A stretch of 64,000 nt of DNA from a virus (taxonomy: Duplodnaviria > Caudoviricetes). The stretch is from positions 64,001-128,000 of the IMG/VR virus record IMGVR_UViG_3300033076_001145; one strand, written 5' to 3'. Below the pieces are notes generated by a model. That model ran no database searches and was not told the origin of the DNA. It was given only the letters and a program-made list of their open reading frames with translations. The translations under genes were made by a program, and so were the position numbers. Every line of letters starts with the position of its first letter. The stretch's first letter is position 1. Below, one piece after another: positions 30,731-41,442 of the stretch.

Positions 30731-30880
30731 TTATTCGTTCTCAGACAATGGTTTAGCGTCTCCAAGTTTGGTATTAACAAGTTTATTAAAATTTTCAATC
30801 ATTATTTTTTTTCCTCCAGTGTGTTGTTCACGGATTCTATTTTTTTCTTCCTCAGAAAGGTCGTTCAATAAGTGTTTCAT
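30731..30880 (-). CDS. 49-aa peptide made only of leader-type modules (not in ORF track)
   Basis: MKHLLNDLSEEEKNRIREQHTGGKKIMIENFNKLVNTKLGDAKPLSENE*. Confidence 0.55.
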   Translation of the reverse strand: MKHLLNDLSEEEKNRIREQHTGGKKIMIENFNKLVNTKLGDAKPLSENE

Positions 30881-32681
30881 AGTATTTTTACTTTCTATAT
30901 AAATATATAGAAAAACAGAAATTACTCCCCATCTTCATACTTATACTTTAGAAGAACAGGTGGAGTAAAACTCATATCATACTCCTCAAGTTGTTTTTTA
31001 TACTCATCAATTCTTTCACGAGAATAAATAGGGGCAAAAAGTGGTTGTCTATTAAACGGAACATTGTCTCGGTTTTCCCACTCCTCAAGTTCCTTTTCCA
31101 TTTCAGGAATACTATTTGTCAAATAATTCCATTCTTTCCAAGAATTATAATCATCTTCTGACTTGATGTAAAACACATTTCCATAGTTATACATATTCAA
31201 ATCAGGGTTGGTGGTATAAACATCCACAATTCCTTCTTCACCATCATAACGAATACATAATTCATTAACGGAATATGAATTTTCATGACGCTCAGTCCAA
31301 TTCCTACCATAAGAACGAACTTTACATATATACAAAAATCCATCAGGTGTGGAACGAAGGTAACTTTCAATCTCGTTTTTCAATTTTACGAGTTCGTCAA
31401 AGGTGTAGTCAGATAAATTCATAGGGCAAATATATAACAAAAATCCCCATCAATCAAATGACAGGGATTTTTTATTAGTTAATTCCTTCGTTGAATTTTT
31501 CTTCAATTTCTTTTAGTTCTTCTTCGGTAAAATCATCATCGTGTTCAATTTCTTCAACCCAAGTGTTATGTCCATCATAACGAGCAACAATAGTAAATTC
31601 TCTACCGTCTTCAGTTGTCCCGTCATAACTTTTAAGACAGAACATCAATATTTCATTTTCAAAATCAATATTCATAATTATTCAAAATTACATTCAAATT
31701 CATTGTTTGTAATTTTTTCTCGTATGATTTCAGCTTGATTACACTCTTCCCAAAGAGATTCATACCACTCTTCGTTGGTTGATTTCATATCACTCCAATT
31801 TTCTGAAATGTATTCTTGCATTTCTTCTTCGGTCATTCCGTTAAGTTCAGGATAATCTTCCACATTAATCTCAACGGGTTCTTTAACGAGCATTGTGTTG
31901 TAATACTCAACCATTCTCACGGAAATGGTTTTTGGTGTTTCTGTATTTTCTGGCATAATATTATTTTTTATAAGTGTAAAAAACGGAAATTAATATGTCA
32001 AATAAAAAACCCCTTTAAATAATAAAGGGGTTAATGTATTAGATTACTTATAATAAATTATTTTGAAGTCTGTTTTTGTCCTATTGCCGCAAGATTTTCT
32101 TTGTCTGTTAATTTGTTGTAAATGTCAATCAAATTATAATTTTTTCCAGTCTTTTGATTTATATAATCTTGAACTGTTTTAACAGGAATTTTACTATCTC
32201 TATTTTTTAACAAAGTCGCAAAAATAATCCTACCATCAAAATCACCTTTCACATTCATATAGGTCCCAATCATTGCATTATAAAATTTTGTTAACTCATC
32301 TCCTGTCAATTCCTGAGGATTAGTAATTGGACTTTTTCCAAGTTCAGAAGATTTGGTGTTGTGGGACATGTCATACATACTAATTAATTGACTAGCACGA
32401 CCATCTTTTAACATATTGCGATAATACTCAACAACCTGAGAATCTTCAGTTTCAGTAATTTCATTACCACTATCAATTGCGGTTTGATACATCTTTTTTG
32501 ACTCTTCTTTTTTCAATACATTTGAGATAGACCATTTTGATTTATATTCTTTCACTTTATCCTCAGTCAAAGTCTCAGTAATCAATGGTCTAACATCACC
32601 AATTGTTGATTCCATTAGATTAAAAAATCTTTTCTTATAATTTTCAATACTCTCCATAATACTATAAATATCTCAAAAAAT

Positions 32682-33146
32682 AAAAAAGGGGGTAGGGGGA
32701 ATTGGAGGAACGACGGAAAAAAATTTTTTTATATTTATATATAACCAAGATGAAATATCAAATAGACATAGAAAGACTTAACAGTATTATTTTAGAATAC
32801 ATCTCTGATGAATATGTTCCTGACTATGGATGGGGGAGCCCTTATAATTACAAAGAAGATATTAAAATATGGGGAGAGGTCGAGTTTTATGTTAATGACC
32901 GTTCATCCTACTCTTACCATGAGTCATTTAAGGGGTATAATAATATTCTTATAATTGACCGGCAAATTGTCGATAGACTAACAAGAATGTTTGGCGATAT
33001 GTGGATTTCCGTATTTGCAAATTGGTTTTCTGGAAATACATCTTTACCAATTCAATCAGTAGGGACTTACGAACCATACCATGTAAAAATACTTGCCTAA
33101 AAAAAAAGGGGGTAGGGGGGATTGGCAACAACGGAAAAAAAATTTT
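32682..33146 (+). repeat. Imperfect direct repeats (about 48 bp) flanking ORF 32750-33100
   Basis: AAAAAAAGGGGGTAGGGGG(A/G)ATTGG...ACGGAAAAAAA at about 32682 and about 33101. Confidence 0.75.
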
Positions 33147-34282
33147 ATTTAATTTTTTCCCCTCCATTTATAACATCAATAATTAATTGTCCTTTAAACT
33201 CATCTCTCCAATCATAATCCATGGGAATATAATCAGGGTGGCAGTGTTTATTAACAGGAACCCCAAGTTTATAAACAACCCAATTATGAATATCTTCGGT
33301 AATATCTTTTGCGGGGTATAATTTTGAAACAACTATCCAAAAGTCTCTATTGAAAAATGTATATCCACTATCTGCAACATTAACAATCCATTCTCTTGTT
33401 ACAGGATTAATAACCCAATACCATCCCCTATAATGATAAGTTGAAAAATCTTCCGTATATAAATCAATGAGTTTATTAATCATATTACAAAGATAGTCAA
33501 TTTACCCAAAATTTTCCAAAAATTTTTTTTCTCATATTGGGGTCCCGTTGGAGAAGGGGGTCGTGTTTTCAAAAATCAATATTATAATCTATCTTCTTAT
33601 ATATTCTTCTATAGTTTTCCAAATCTTCTTTCATACACTCAACAAATAACTTGAAGTTAATCTTTTCCTCAAATTTAAATCTTTCATTCTCATCATCTCT
33701 CTTTAACTGATTATCAATTGATTCACTTATCTCCCTTAATATTTCCTTATATATTAATTCCCTATCAGTAACCCTTTTTAACTTATCCTTTAATTCAAGA
33801 ATTTCTCCTTCAAGTCTTTGGATTTCATCATCATGTTCCATAATACAAATATAAACAAAAAACCCCTTGAAATCCAAGGGGGTCTATCGTATCAAATTAT
33901 ATTATTTTTTAAATTAAACCTTCGTCATCTCCCCAAATAAACCCAGGTCCAACTTCACCTAAACAAATAACACTATCACCTTTTCTTTGTAATTTTATTT
34001 TACCTTCTTTAGTTTCAACAATTCTAATACCTCCATCAGTTTTGATATAATCATCAATAAATATAATTTGGCGTCCTTCATTAATTAATTGGTTTTCATT
34101 AATAACCCTTTTAACAATATTTGTTAATTCTGTTTCTGTTAATCTTATCTTTTTCATATTATATTATTTTACTATAAATACTAAAAAATTCCAAAAATTT
34201 TTATTTTAATTTACCCACCTTTTATAATTAAGGGGGTCCCATTTCCATAAATTTTTTTCCAGAATTTTTTAGACGGGATTAT

Positions 34283-34400
34283 CCCCCCCTTTTGACTTAA
34301 AAACCCCCTATATAAGGGGGGATACGGAGGGAGGGAGGGGGTACCCCACACCTATGAGGGGGGTATAGGGGAGTATGACCCCCACTACCTACCCCCACCT
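34283..34400. other. G/C-homopolymer-rich non-coding island (hairpin plus G-quadruplex motif)
   Basis: CCCCCTATATAAGGGGG hairpin; GGGGGG-ATACGGA-GGG-A-GGG-A-GGGGG at 34316-34341. Confidence 0.6.
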
Positions 34401-34861
34401 ATAATGTTATACATATTGTTTCATTATACCTGACGATATGTTAAGTATAATTTCTAATACCTCATCTTTACTTCTGTGACCTATCACATCATCGTATGGG
34501 GAAAGTCTAACCCACTCTTTATCCCCATCACTCTTCCAACATGCCACCTCGAATGTATTAACTCCGTCACCATATAGAGATGGACCACCAACAATACTAA
34601 TGGTGAATCCGTTGTCAGTATAAACAATACACTGAACTCCGCCCATACCATTAGGATGGGGGACAAACTTTAGAGTATCAAATGTTGTAATCATACCACA
34701 AATATATAACAATTATTTTACCCCACCAAATAAATGTTTCCCTTATTAATGAGGGAAACAATTGTTGATAAGTTTATTTGGTTTGTATCATATTCTTTTA
34801 TATCTTTGTGTTGGTGCCTTATATTTTCCCCTTGTCTTGGGGGACAACTTTATATATAAAG

Positions 34862-35046
34862 GCAGGTTGGAGTATACTCGGTCCCGATGTTCTCGTTACA
34901 ATACCACAAAGGTATGGCGAACTTTTTTAATATCCTATTTTTTTGTTTCATATTTTTGCCATAACTTAGCCCCGTAACTTATAACGATAAGTGGATAAAG
35001 GGCTGGCATATATTACATTATGCTTGGAGCGTATACTCCAACCTGC
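34862..35046. repeat. 16-bp perfect inverted repeat
   Basis: GCAGGTTGGAGTATAC (34862-34877) and GTATACTCCAACCTGC (35031-35046). Confidence 0.85.
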
Positions 35047-35551
35047 TTTACTTTAAAAAAAATAAGATTTTTCTTGTGTGGGTGGAATAGTTTCACTATA
35101 TTTGTAGAACAATTAAAAACAACCCCAACCATATGAACAAAGTAAATACAAAAGTAACCAAGGAGATTAATAACATCTTAAAAGAGATGGGTGTGGATTT
35201 TACTTCAGGTGTATGTGAGGGAAACAAATATTCCTTACGCATTGTATCTCTTTGGGAAGAGGATTATTGGACCACCTATGGGGATAAGAAAAGATACTAC
35301 TTCAATATTGAGGTGTCATTATCAAAGGATGATAGATTTTCCCCAACCTCTCATAATGATATGTTAAAATATTCATGGAATAAAAGAAGTCGTTTGGTTA
35401 GACTTAACCGAATGAGAAAATACAGATATGAAACTGCCATTAATGACTTCTTCGAAAAAAACGAAGTTAAAGATTTATTAAAGTGTATTGGGTTTGAAGT
35501 TGCCAGATGGGACTTCATTAAACAAATCACATATAAGGAGGTTGAGAAATT

Positions 35552-35944
35552 ATGAAACTAAAAGACAAATGTGAATTATACTCCACCTCTGAACTTCGTC
35601 TCCTTGGGATGTATGTTATTGATGTATGTGGGGAACTTATTGGTGGTGGGAATAAACCAACCCCTTCCTTTCACATAAGAAATAATCTAAGTAACCTTTA
35701 TGGTCAGTATTGTTTCTCCCACAAAATATATGTGAACCCATCACAGTGTCAGACCATTTCATATTTCATTGGGGTTATCATTCATGAATATACCCACCAC
35801 ATTCAGGAAGGTCTTTTGGAGAACTACCAAGACTCCGTTAAAGAACATGGGTATGAAAACTGTCCATATGAAATTGAAGCTGTTAGTAATGCCAAGAAGT
35901 ATAAGAAAGAGGTGTGGAAGAAAGTCAAACGATTAATGTCTTAA
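35552..35944 (+). CDS. Zincin-like metalloprotease
   Basis: IIHEYTHHIQ with downstream PYEIEA. Confidence 0.7.
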   Translation: MKLKDKCELYSTSELRLLGMYVIDVCGELIGGGNKPTPSFHIRNNLSNLYGQYCFSHKIYVNPSQCQTISYFIGVIIHEYTHHIQEGLLENYQDSVKEHGYENCPYEIEAVSNAKKYKKEVWKKVKRLMS

Positions 35945-36961
35945 CATAATTCGACAAAACCTGAATTGGATTTTCCTCCCCGTTGAAAAGTTCCATATAC
36001 TCAGGAGTTAATTTATAACTTGTAAGTATATACTGAGTGTTTTGTAAGGGGGTCTTAACAATTCCATACTCCATTTTCCCCACCTTCTCACCACTAAAGT
36101 ATAATAAGACAACTTTAAAACCCTTTAAATCATCCACCATTATTTTGGTGTTCTGTAACACAACCTTGATTTGGGAGTTGTTAGAGGGGATTTTGTTCAT
36201 AACTTAATATGTTAAAAATGTTAATTTTCTTGATTTTGTCAAAATGTCAGGGGAGCGTCAGATGGGGGATAATCCCCTTGACCACTTTTAGTCATATTAA
36301 CTATAATAAATATACCCCATATTGTATAGTATTATGTATATTAATTATTACCACTTTTTCCCACTGGCACTATCGTAATGACCATATTTAGAAATGTTAA
36401 AAGTGAAAAAAGTGGTCCTGTAGATAGCGTCAGAAGGGTTTTTTTTACTATATATATTTTCCAGCTAAAAAAAGTTCTTATTAACAAATGAGCGTGGACA
36501 GACTTTAGTTGTTTTAATCTTCAACGGAAATATGTTGTTATAGTGTCCTTCAACGGGGTTTTTCATATTCCCCTTTCAAATATAGACACAATATATGGAC
36601 AATTATAATGGTGGGAGAAAGTGGGACATAACTTGTCATAAAAGGGATAAACCTGTAGGTTTTTGTTCCTTATAAGACGCATTGTCCCCTTCAGTATATC
36701 CACCACTATTATTATACCCTAACAGGTATATACTGTTGTCTTCTTATAGTTATTATACCCTTAAAGGGTTATAATTAATTAAGACATTACATTATACCTT
36801 TCACAGTAATATGTTATGTCCCTTAGTATTGTGTGTCTTTCGTTAGGGGGTTTTATATATAAGGGGAAATTAGGAAGTAAATAAACGAATGAACCCATTA
36901 AGTGTAATGACCCGTTAGGGGAATGGAACGACACGATAGTGGAATGGGGGAATGAGTTTGT

Positions 36962-37651
36962 TTAATTCGTAATTTCATTATAGAACTTACTTAACTTATC
37001 TATATTCATAGTGAATACTTGTCCTTCCTTTTGTGTTTGTGGTTTTACATGTGGGTTTCTCTTTAATGCATATTCATATAGTGTTTTACTATCAGTTCCC
37101 ACATTTATTATTCCTGTCTCCTCTGATAGAGTTAAGTCTTTAATCATCGGGGCAATTATATCCACATAGTCTTTTGAGACCTCTCTGTTATCATATGCAT
37201 ATTCATATGGGTATTCTGTTGACCCGAATGATGTTCGTATGATTAAAGAGTTCCTATAACCTCTTACAGAACATTCTCCACCTAACTTTGTCCATGCGTA
37301 GAAGTTAAACGGATAAATCGGGTCGTTTTCTTTATGGTTCCCACCTTTTGAATCATATACATAATCAGTGGAAATATATACTAACCTTATATTATTCTCT
37401 ATACAGTATTTCGTTACATTTGATACTCCTACTATATTTGTGTTAATTGCATCTATTGGATTATTATCTATATCCACCGAGTTTGTTTTTGCTGCCGCAA
37501 GTAATATAATATCAGGATTGATTATGTTTAACTTGGAGTATAATTCACTCTCCACAGTTATGTCTATCTCACTTCCCGCAAGAATAAAATCCGATATCTT
37601 TTTAAATTCAGAACCAAGTAACCCCGTTCCACCTAACATAAGAACTTTCAT
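36962..37651 (-). CDS. rmlD: dTDP-4-dehydrorhamnose reductase-like SDR
   Basis: GGTGLLG, YISTDYVYD, Y..TKLGGE, IIRTS. Confidence 0.85.
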   Translation of the reverse strand: MKVLMLGGTGLLGSEFKKISDFILAGSEIDITVESELYSKLNIINPDIILLAAAKTNSVDIDNNPIDAINTNIVGVSNVTKYCIENNIRLVYISTDYVYDSKGGNHKENDPIYPFNFYAWTKLGGECSVRGYRNSLIIRTSFGSTEYPYEYAYDNREVSKDYVDIIAPMIKDLTLSEETGIINVGTDSKTLYEYALKRNPHVKPQTQKEGQVFTMNIDKLSKFYNEITN

Positions 37652-38033
37652 ACCCCAATCATAATAATATGTTCTTTAAATAACAAGTTAATTTCGTTAT
37701 ATTTATTATCATATATGGACCCGAGAGTTATTGCTGTTGTTAAACTAATTGAAACATTATACGAACCAAAAGGTATTGAGGCAAATGAAATTAATGATAA
37801 TGGATTTCCTCAGACATTGATTAATGTATATTTTGGGGAGATTGATGACTCATATATTACTAATCCTCAGCACCGTGATTCTAAGTATCTTAAAGAACGA
37901 AATTTTGAATTTGATATAAGAAGGAGTATTCTCGGATACTTAGGTGTTCAAACATCGGGCCTTGACCCTAAAACAGGGTTTTCCCCATATAAAGAAGAAG
38001 ACATAACCATTAATGTAGTATCTGAATTATAAT

Positions 38034-38363
38034 ATGAAATACATAATCAAAGAATCACAAATAAATAATGTTGTATTTTGGTATTTGGATAATCAGGATT
38101 TTATTAAGATTGAAAGGAGTCGTAATATTTATTTTGTTAATTCAGAAGGGGATGAATATGCTCAAATAAGACTTGATAAAGATGATGGCTGGTGTTTTAT
38201 TAATATTAATTTAATTAGAGAAATTTCTTCTTTCTTTTCTTTACAACCTTATGATTCTAAAGAAGTTATCGGCAGATGGGTTGATAATACCCTCCGAATG
38301 AAGGTCACAAACACCCAATATTCAAGAGGTAAAGGCCAGAAAAGGTTGATAATACCCAAATAA
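38034..38363 (+). CDS. Small paralog-family protein ending in a CRISPR-like repeat and spacer
   Basis: MKYIIKESQ...WVDNTLRMKVTNT plus a spacer-derived tail; near-identical to 38379-38696 except the tail. Confidence 0.75.
   Translation: MKYIIKESQINNVVFWYLDNQDFIKIERSRNIYFVNSEGDEYAQIRLDKDDGWCFININLIREISSFFSLQPYDSKEVIGRWVDNTLRMKVTNTQYSRGKGQKRLIIPK
38280..38357. CRISPR. CRISPR-like mini-array (36-nt repeat, 29-nt spacer, truncated repeat)
   Basis: GTTGATAATACCCTCCGAATGAAGGTCACAAACACC, then CAATATTCAAGAGGTAAAGGCCAGAAAAG, then GTTGATAATACCC. Confidence 0.6.
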
Positions 38364-38378
38364 CATATTTATAATAAT

Positions 38379-38696
38379 ATGAAATATCTAATTAAAGAGT
38401 CACAAATAAATAATGTTGTATTTTGGTATTTGGATAATCAGGATTTTATTCAGATTAATAAAGGTAATAAGATATATTTTGTTAATTCGGAGGGTGACGA
38501 ATATGCTCAAATTAGATATGATAAATCAGATGGCTGGTGTTTTATTAATATTAATTTAATTAATGAAATTTCTTCTTTCTTTTCTTTGCAACGCTCTGAT
38601 TCTGAAAAAATTATTGGTAAGTGGGTTGAGAATACCCTCCAAATGAAGGTCACAAACACCGCTTTGTTTGAAAAGTTGTATGATGATTTTGGTTGA
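38379..38696 (+). CDS. Small paralog-family protein ending in a CRISPR-like repeat and spacer
   Basis: MKYLIKESQ...WVENTLQMKVTNT plus a different tail. Confidence 0.75.
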   Translation: MKYLIKESQINNVVFWYLDNQDFIQINKGNKIYFVNSEGDEYAQIRYDKSDGWCFININLINEISSFFSLQRSDSEKIIGKWVENTLQMKVTNTALFEKLYDDFG

Positions 38697-38704
38697 GAAT
38701 ACCC
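38625..38704. CRISPR. CRISPR-like mini-array (36-nt repeat, 31-nt spacer, truncated repeat)
   Basis: GTTGAGAATACCCTCCAAATGAAGGTCACAAACACC, then GCTTTGTTTGAAAAGTTGTATGATGATTTTG, then GTTGAGAATACCC. Confidence 0.6.
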
Positions 38705-38725
38705 AAATAACATATTTATAATAAT

Positions 38726-39390
38726 ATGAAATACATAATCAAAGAATCACAAATTAATTTACTATCTGAGATTGAAAGAAATTGGATGGAAAAAGAATAT
38801 GAAGAAGGGTATAATGACATTAAAGAAATTTTGACATCATTTATTACAGGATTGTTTGATTCGTATGGTGAAATAGGTAATGAGATTGTTATTTATGATG
38901 AAGATAAGGAAGTAATATTTAGTTATATGAAACCAAGTGGTGAGTTATATTACGATTATAGTTTGAATGATTTATACAGTAAGTTATTTCCCCACCCGTT
39001 TTGGTCCGTCCATTCTAAATATGCAATGTCTGATGCGTTTGAACAATCATTCCCATATAAAGTCAATCGAGTAAAAGGTGCTCATATTGTATATCAATGA
39101 ACGAAGAAATGAAAAATATGATATGGAGTTATTTGGATAGTCAGGACTTTCATACCATTGATTATAATGGTAATATCATATTCTTTGAATCGTATGAAAG
39201 TTATAATTCTCGTATTCAAAGTGTTTTAATTAGTATCCACCGCCAAAGTAATGAATGTTATGTTAAACCAAAACTACTTAAAGAAATTGAGTCTTATTTC
39301 AATATCGGATGGGATGAGTCATTACCCTATGTTGGAAGCTGGGTTGTAAATAAAGTCGGATTTAATATCAAAAAATTCTATTTTGATTAA
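38726..39390 (+). CDS. Two further small paralog-family proteins (38726-39100, 39097-39390) without arrays
   Basis: Same MKYIIKESQ leader in the first; the second has YLDSQDF...W(V)VNKVG like 38034. Confidence 0.55.
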
Positions 39391-39396
39391 TAACTT

Positions 39397-41369
39397 CTAT
39401 CTTATGTCGTAGAAGTGTTTTACATTTCTTTTTGAATAACGGTCATTTAAAAAATCCCATAGTTGATTAAATCTGTTTTCATCATCACCACATTCTAATT
39501 CAAAGTTTTCACATACATCTTCTATTAAGTTTGATGTGACAAGATGATTAAATTTATATGGTGTCATTGCATTTAATTGTTTTTTCTTATCTGTGTATCT
39601 TTTTGAAGCCACCTTTAAAACATATTGATATATCTGTTCAAGAGTTTCCATATCTATCCTTCTTTTGAAGTAAATAGGTAGTTCTTTTTCTTCCCTCAAT
39701 ACTGATTCATTAATTACATTTCCCAAATTATCATATTTTAAAAGTTCAGTTTCTATAAAAACATCAGCATTTTTTTTCCTCACATCCCATTCAGTCATCC
39801 AAGTAGGACAAACAACAATATTTCCTGAAGTCCATTTATCAATATCTCTTGATATTTTTGTATCAAACCACGACTCAATGTTTGCCGCAGTATCATCAGA
39901 ATCAAAATAAATTTTAAGTAAAGGTTTATTATTATAAGTTGATTGTTCTATAAATGAAACCTCATCATATAAAACATGAATAATTTGCTTAACAAATTTT
40001 AATTTGTGTCCCTCGGATTCTTCCCTTAATATTCTTCTTATGTTTTCTTGTAGGTTCATATTTCTTCTTCTTTGTATTAACAATCTCCTATACTAACATC
40101 TATAGTATGTCCCCTCACTAAATTATTTCCTAATCTGTGTATAAGGGTGCTTATGTTATATATCGCTTGTCTTGTTTTTTGTTTGTTCACAAAACTATCA
40201 TCAGATAAATTAGGATAATATTTTGGTATTTCCACATATAGTTTTAACGAATGTAGAGTTGGTTTAATTTTAAAATCACATATATTTTCCATATCAGGAA
40301 CATCGAGTCTCATTATTGTATCAACAATGAAAATCATTTCCTTTTGTGTTCCAGTAAAACCAAGAACCTTATATAAATTTTCAACCCCTCCAAACATTTT
40401 TGCGGTTTGGTAAATACCCATATCAGAAACCAAATCTTTAATACTTTCTTGGTCTGAGGTCTCTTCCCTTAATATTGACTCATTTAACGGTTCCTCGTCC
40501 AATTTTGAATTTATGTATTTAATTAATGGCGCATCAAATTTATATACATCTTGGGACATGTTGTAATCTTTTAACAGTTCTTTGTTTGACGAAATAAGAT
40601 TTTGAATTGCGTCATAAAAGGCTTCACTTCTATTCTTTCCCCAACTTAAAGAAATTTTAACATCCCTAACCAACCGCTCAAGTTCATTAGCGGTCACCCT
40701 TCTTCTAATGTAATAAGGTAGTTCAGTTCCTTCCCTTAATATTCTTCTTATGGATTCTTGTAGGTTCATATTATGTATTTGACACTAATTTTTTATATCT
40801 ACTTTTAATTCTATCTTTATAGTAATCTTTTAAACTTTCCATAACCTCACCATACCATTGTGAATCTTCTGGCATTGTACTATATAGTTCGTAATGAATC
40901 CCATCCATTAAAATTGAAATTGTTACATCTATAAACCTATTTAAACTCATAATACTCCCATCTTCTTTATTTGTATTGCGTAACATATTTGATGACATAT
41001 CTAAAGACTCGCTAAACTCCCTCTCTAAATCATTGTTAGGGACTCTACGTCTAATCATCAGGATAGGTTTGGACTCTTCCCTTAGTATTCTTCTTATGGA
41101 TTCTTGCAGGTTCATTTCTTTTTCTTCTTAACACAATTAGGATATTTCTTACCAAACATTGTCTTCATTCCTTTTTGGGTATATCCCGCCCAACACTTTT
41201 CTTGGAGTTCAGATTTATGATTTTCATTTCCACATTTATGACATGTGTATGGGTCGTGTCCGCCTTCAGATAAATTCCAAGACCATCCACACTCCTGACA
41301 AACAATTTTTTTATTTTTGTTATGTAATTCTTCCAATATTATTCTTCTTATGGTCTGTTGTAAATTCAT
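39397..41369 (-). CDS. Four tandem genes with MNLQESIRRILREE leader (39397-40059, 40077-40769, 40771-41115, 41112-41369)
   Basis: Near-identical first 14 codons followed by different bodies; internal NESVLREE / NESILREE repeats. Confidence 0.7.
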
Positions 41370-41430
41370 ATTATTATAAATATCAATTAAAATAAACTGA
41401 AAAAAGTTTTTCAATTTAAGTTTTCTTCCC

Positions 41431-41438
41431 TATATTTG
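41431..41438 (+). promoter_or_regulatory. Bacteroidota-type -7 promoter element immediately before the array-gene operon
   Basis: TATATTTG 4 nt before ATG 41443. Confidence 0.6.
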
Positions 41439-41442
41439 CCTT

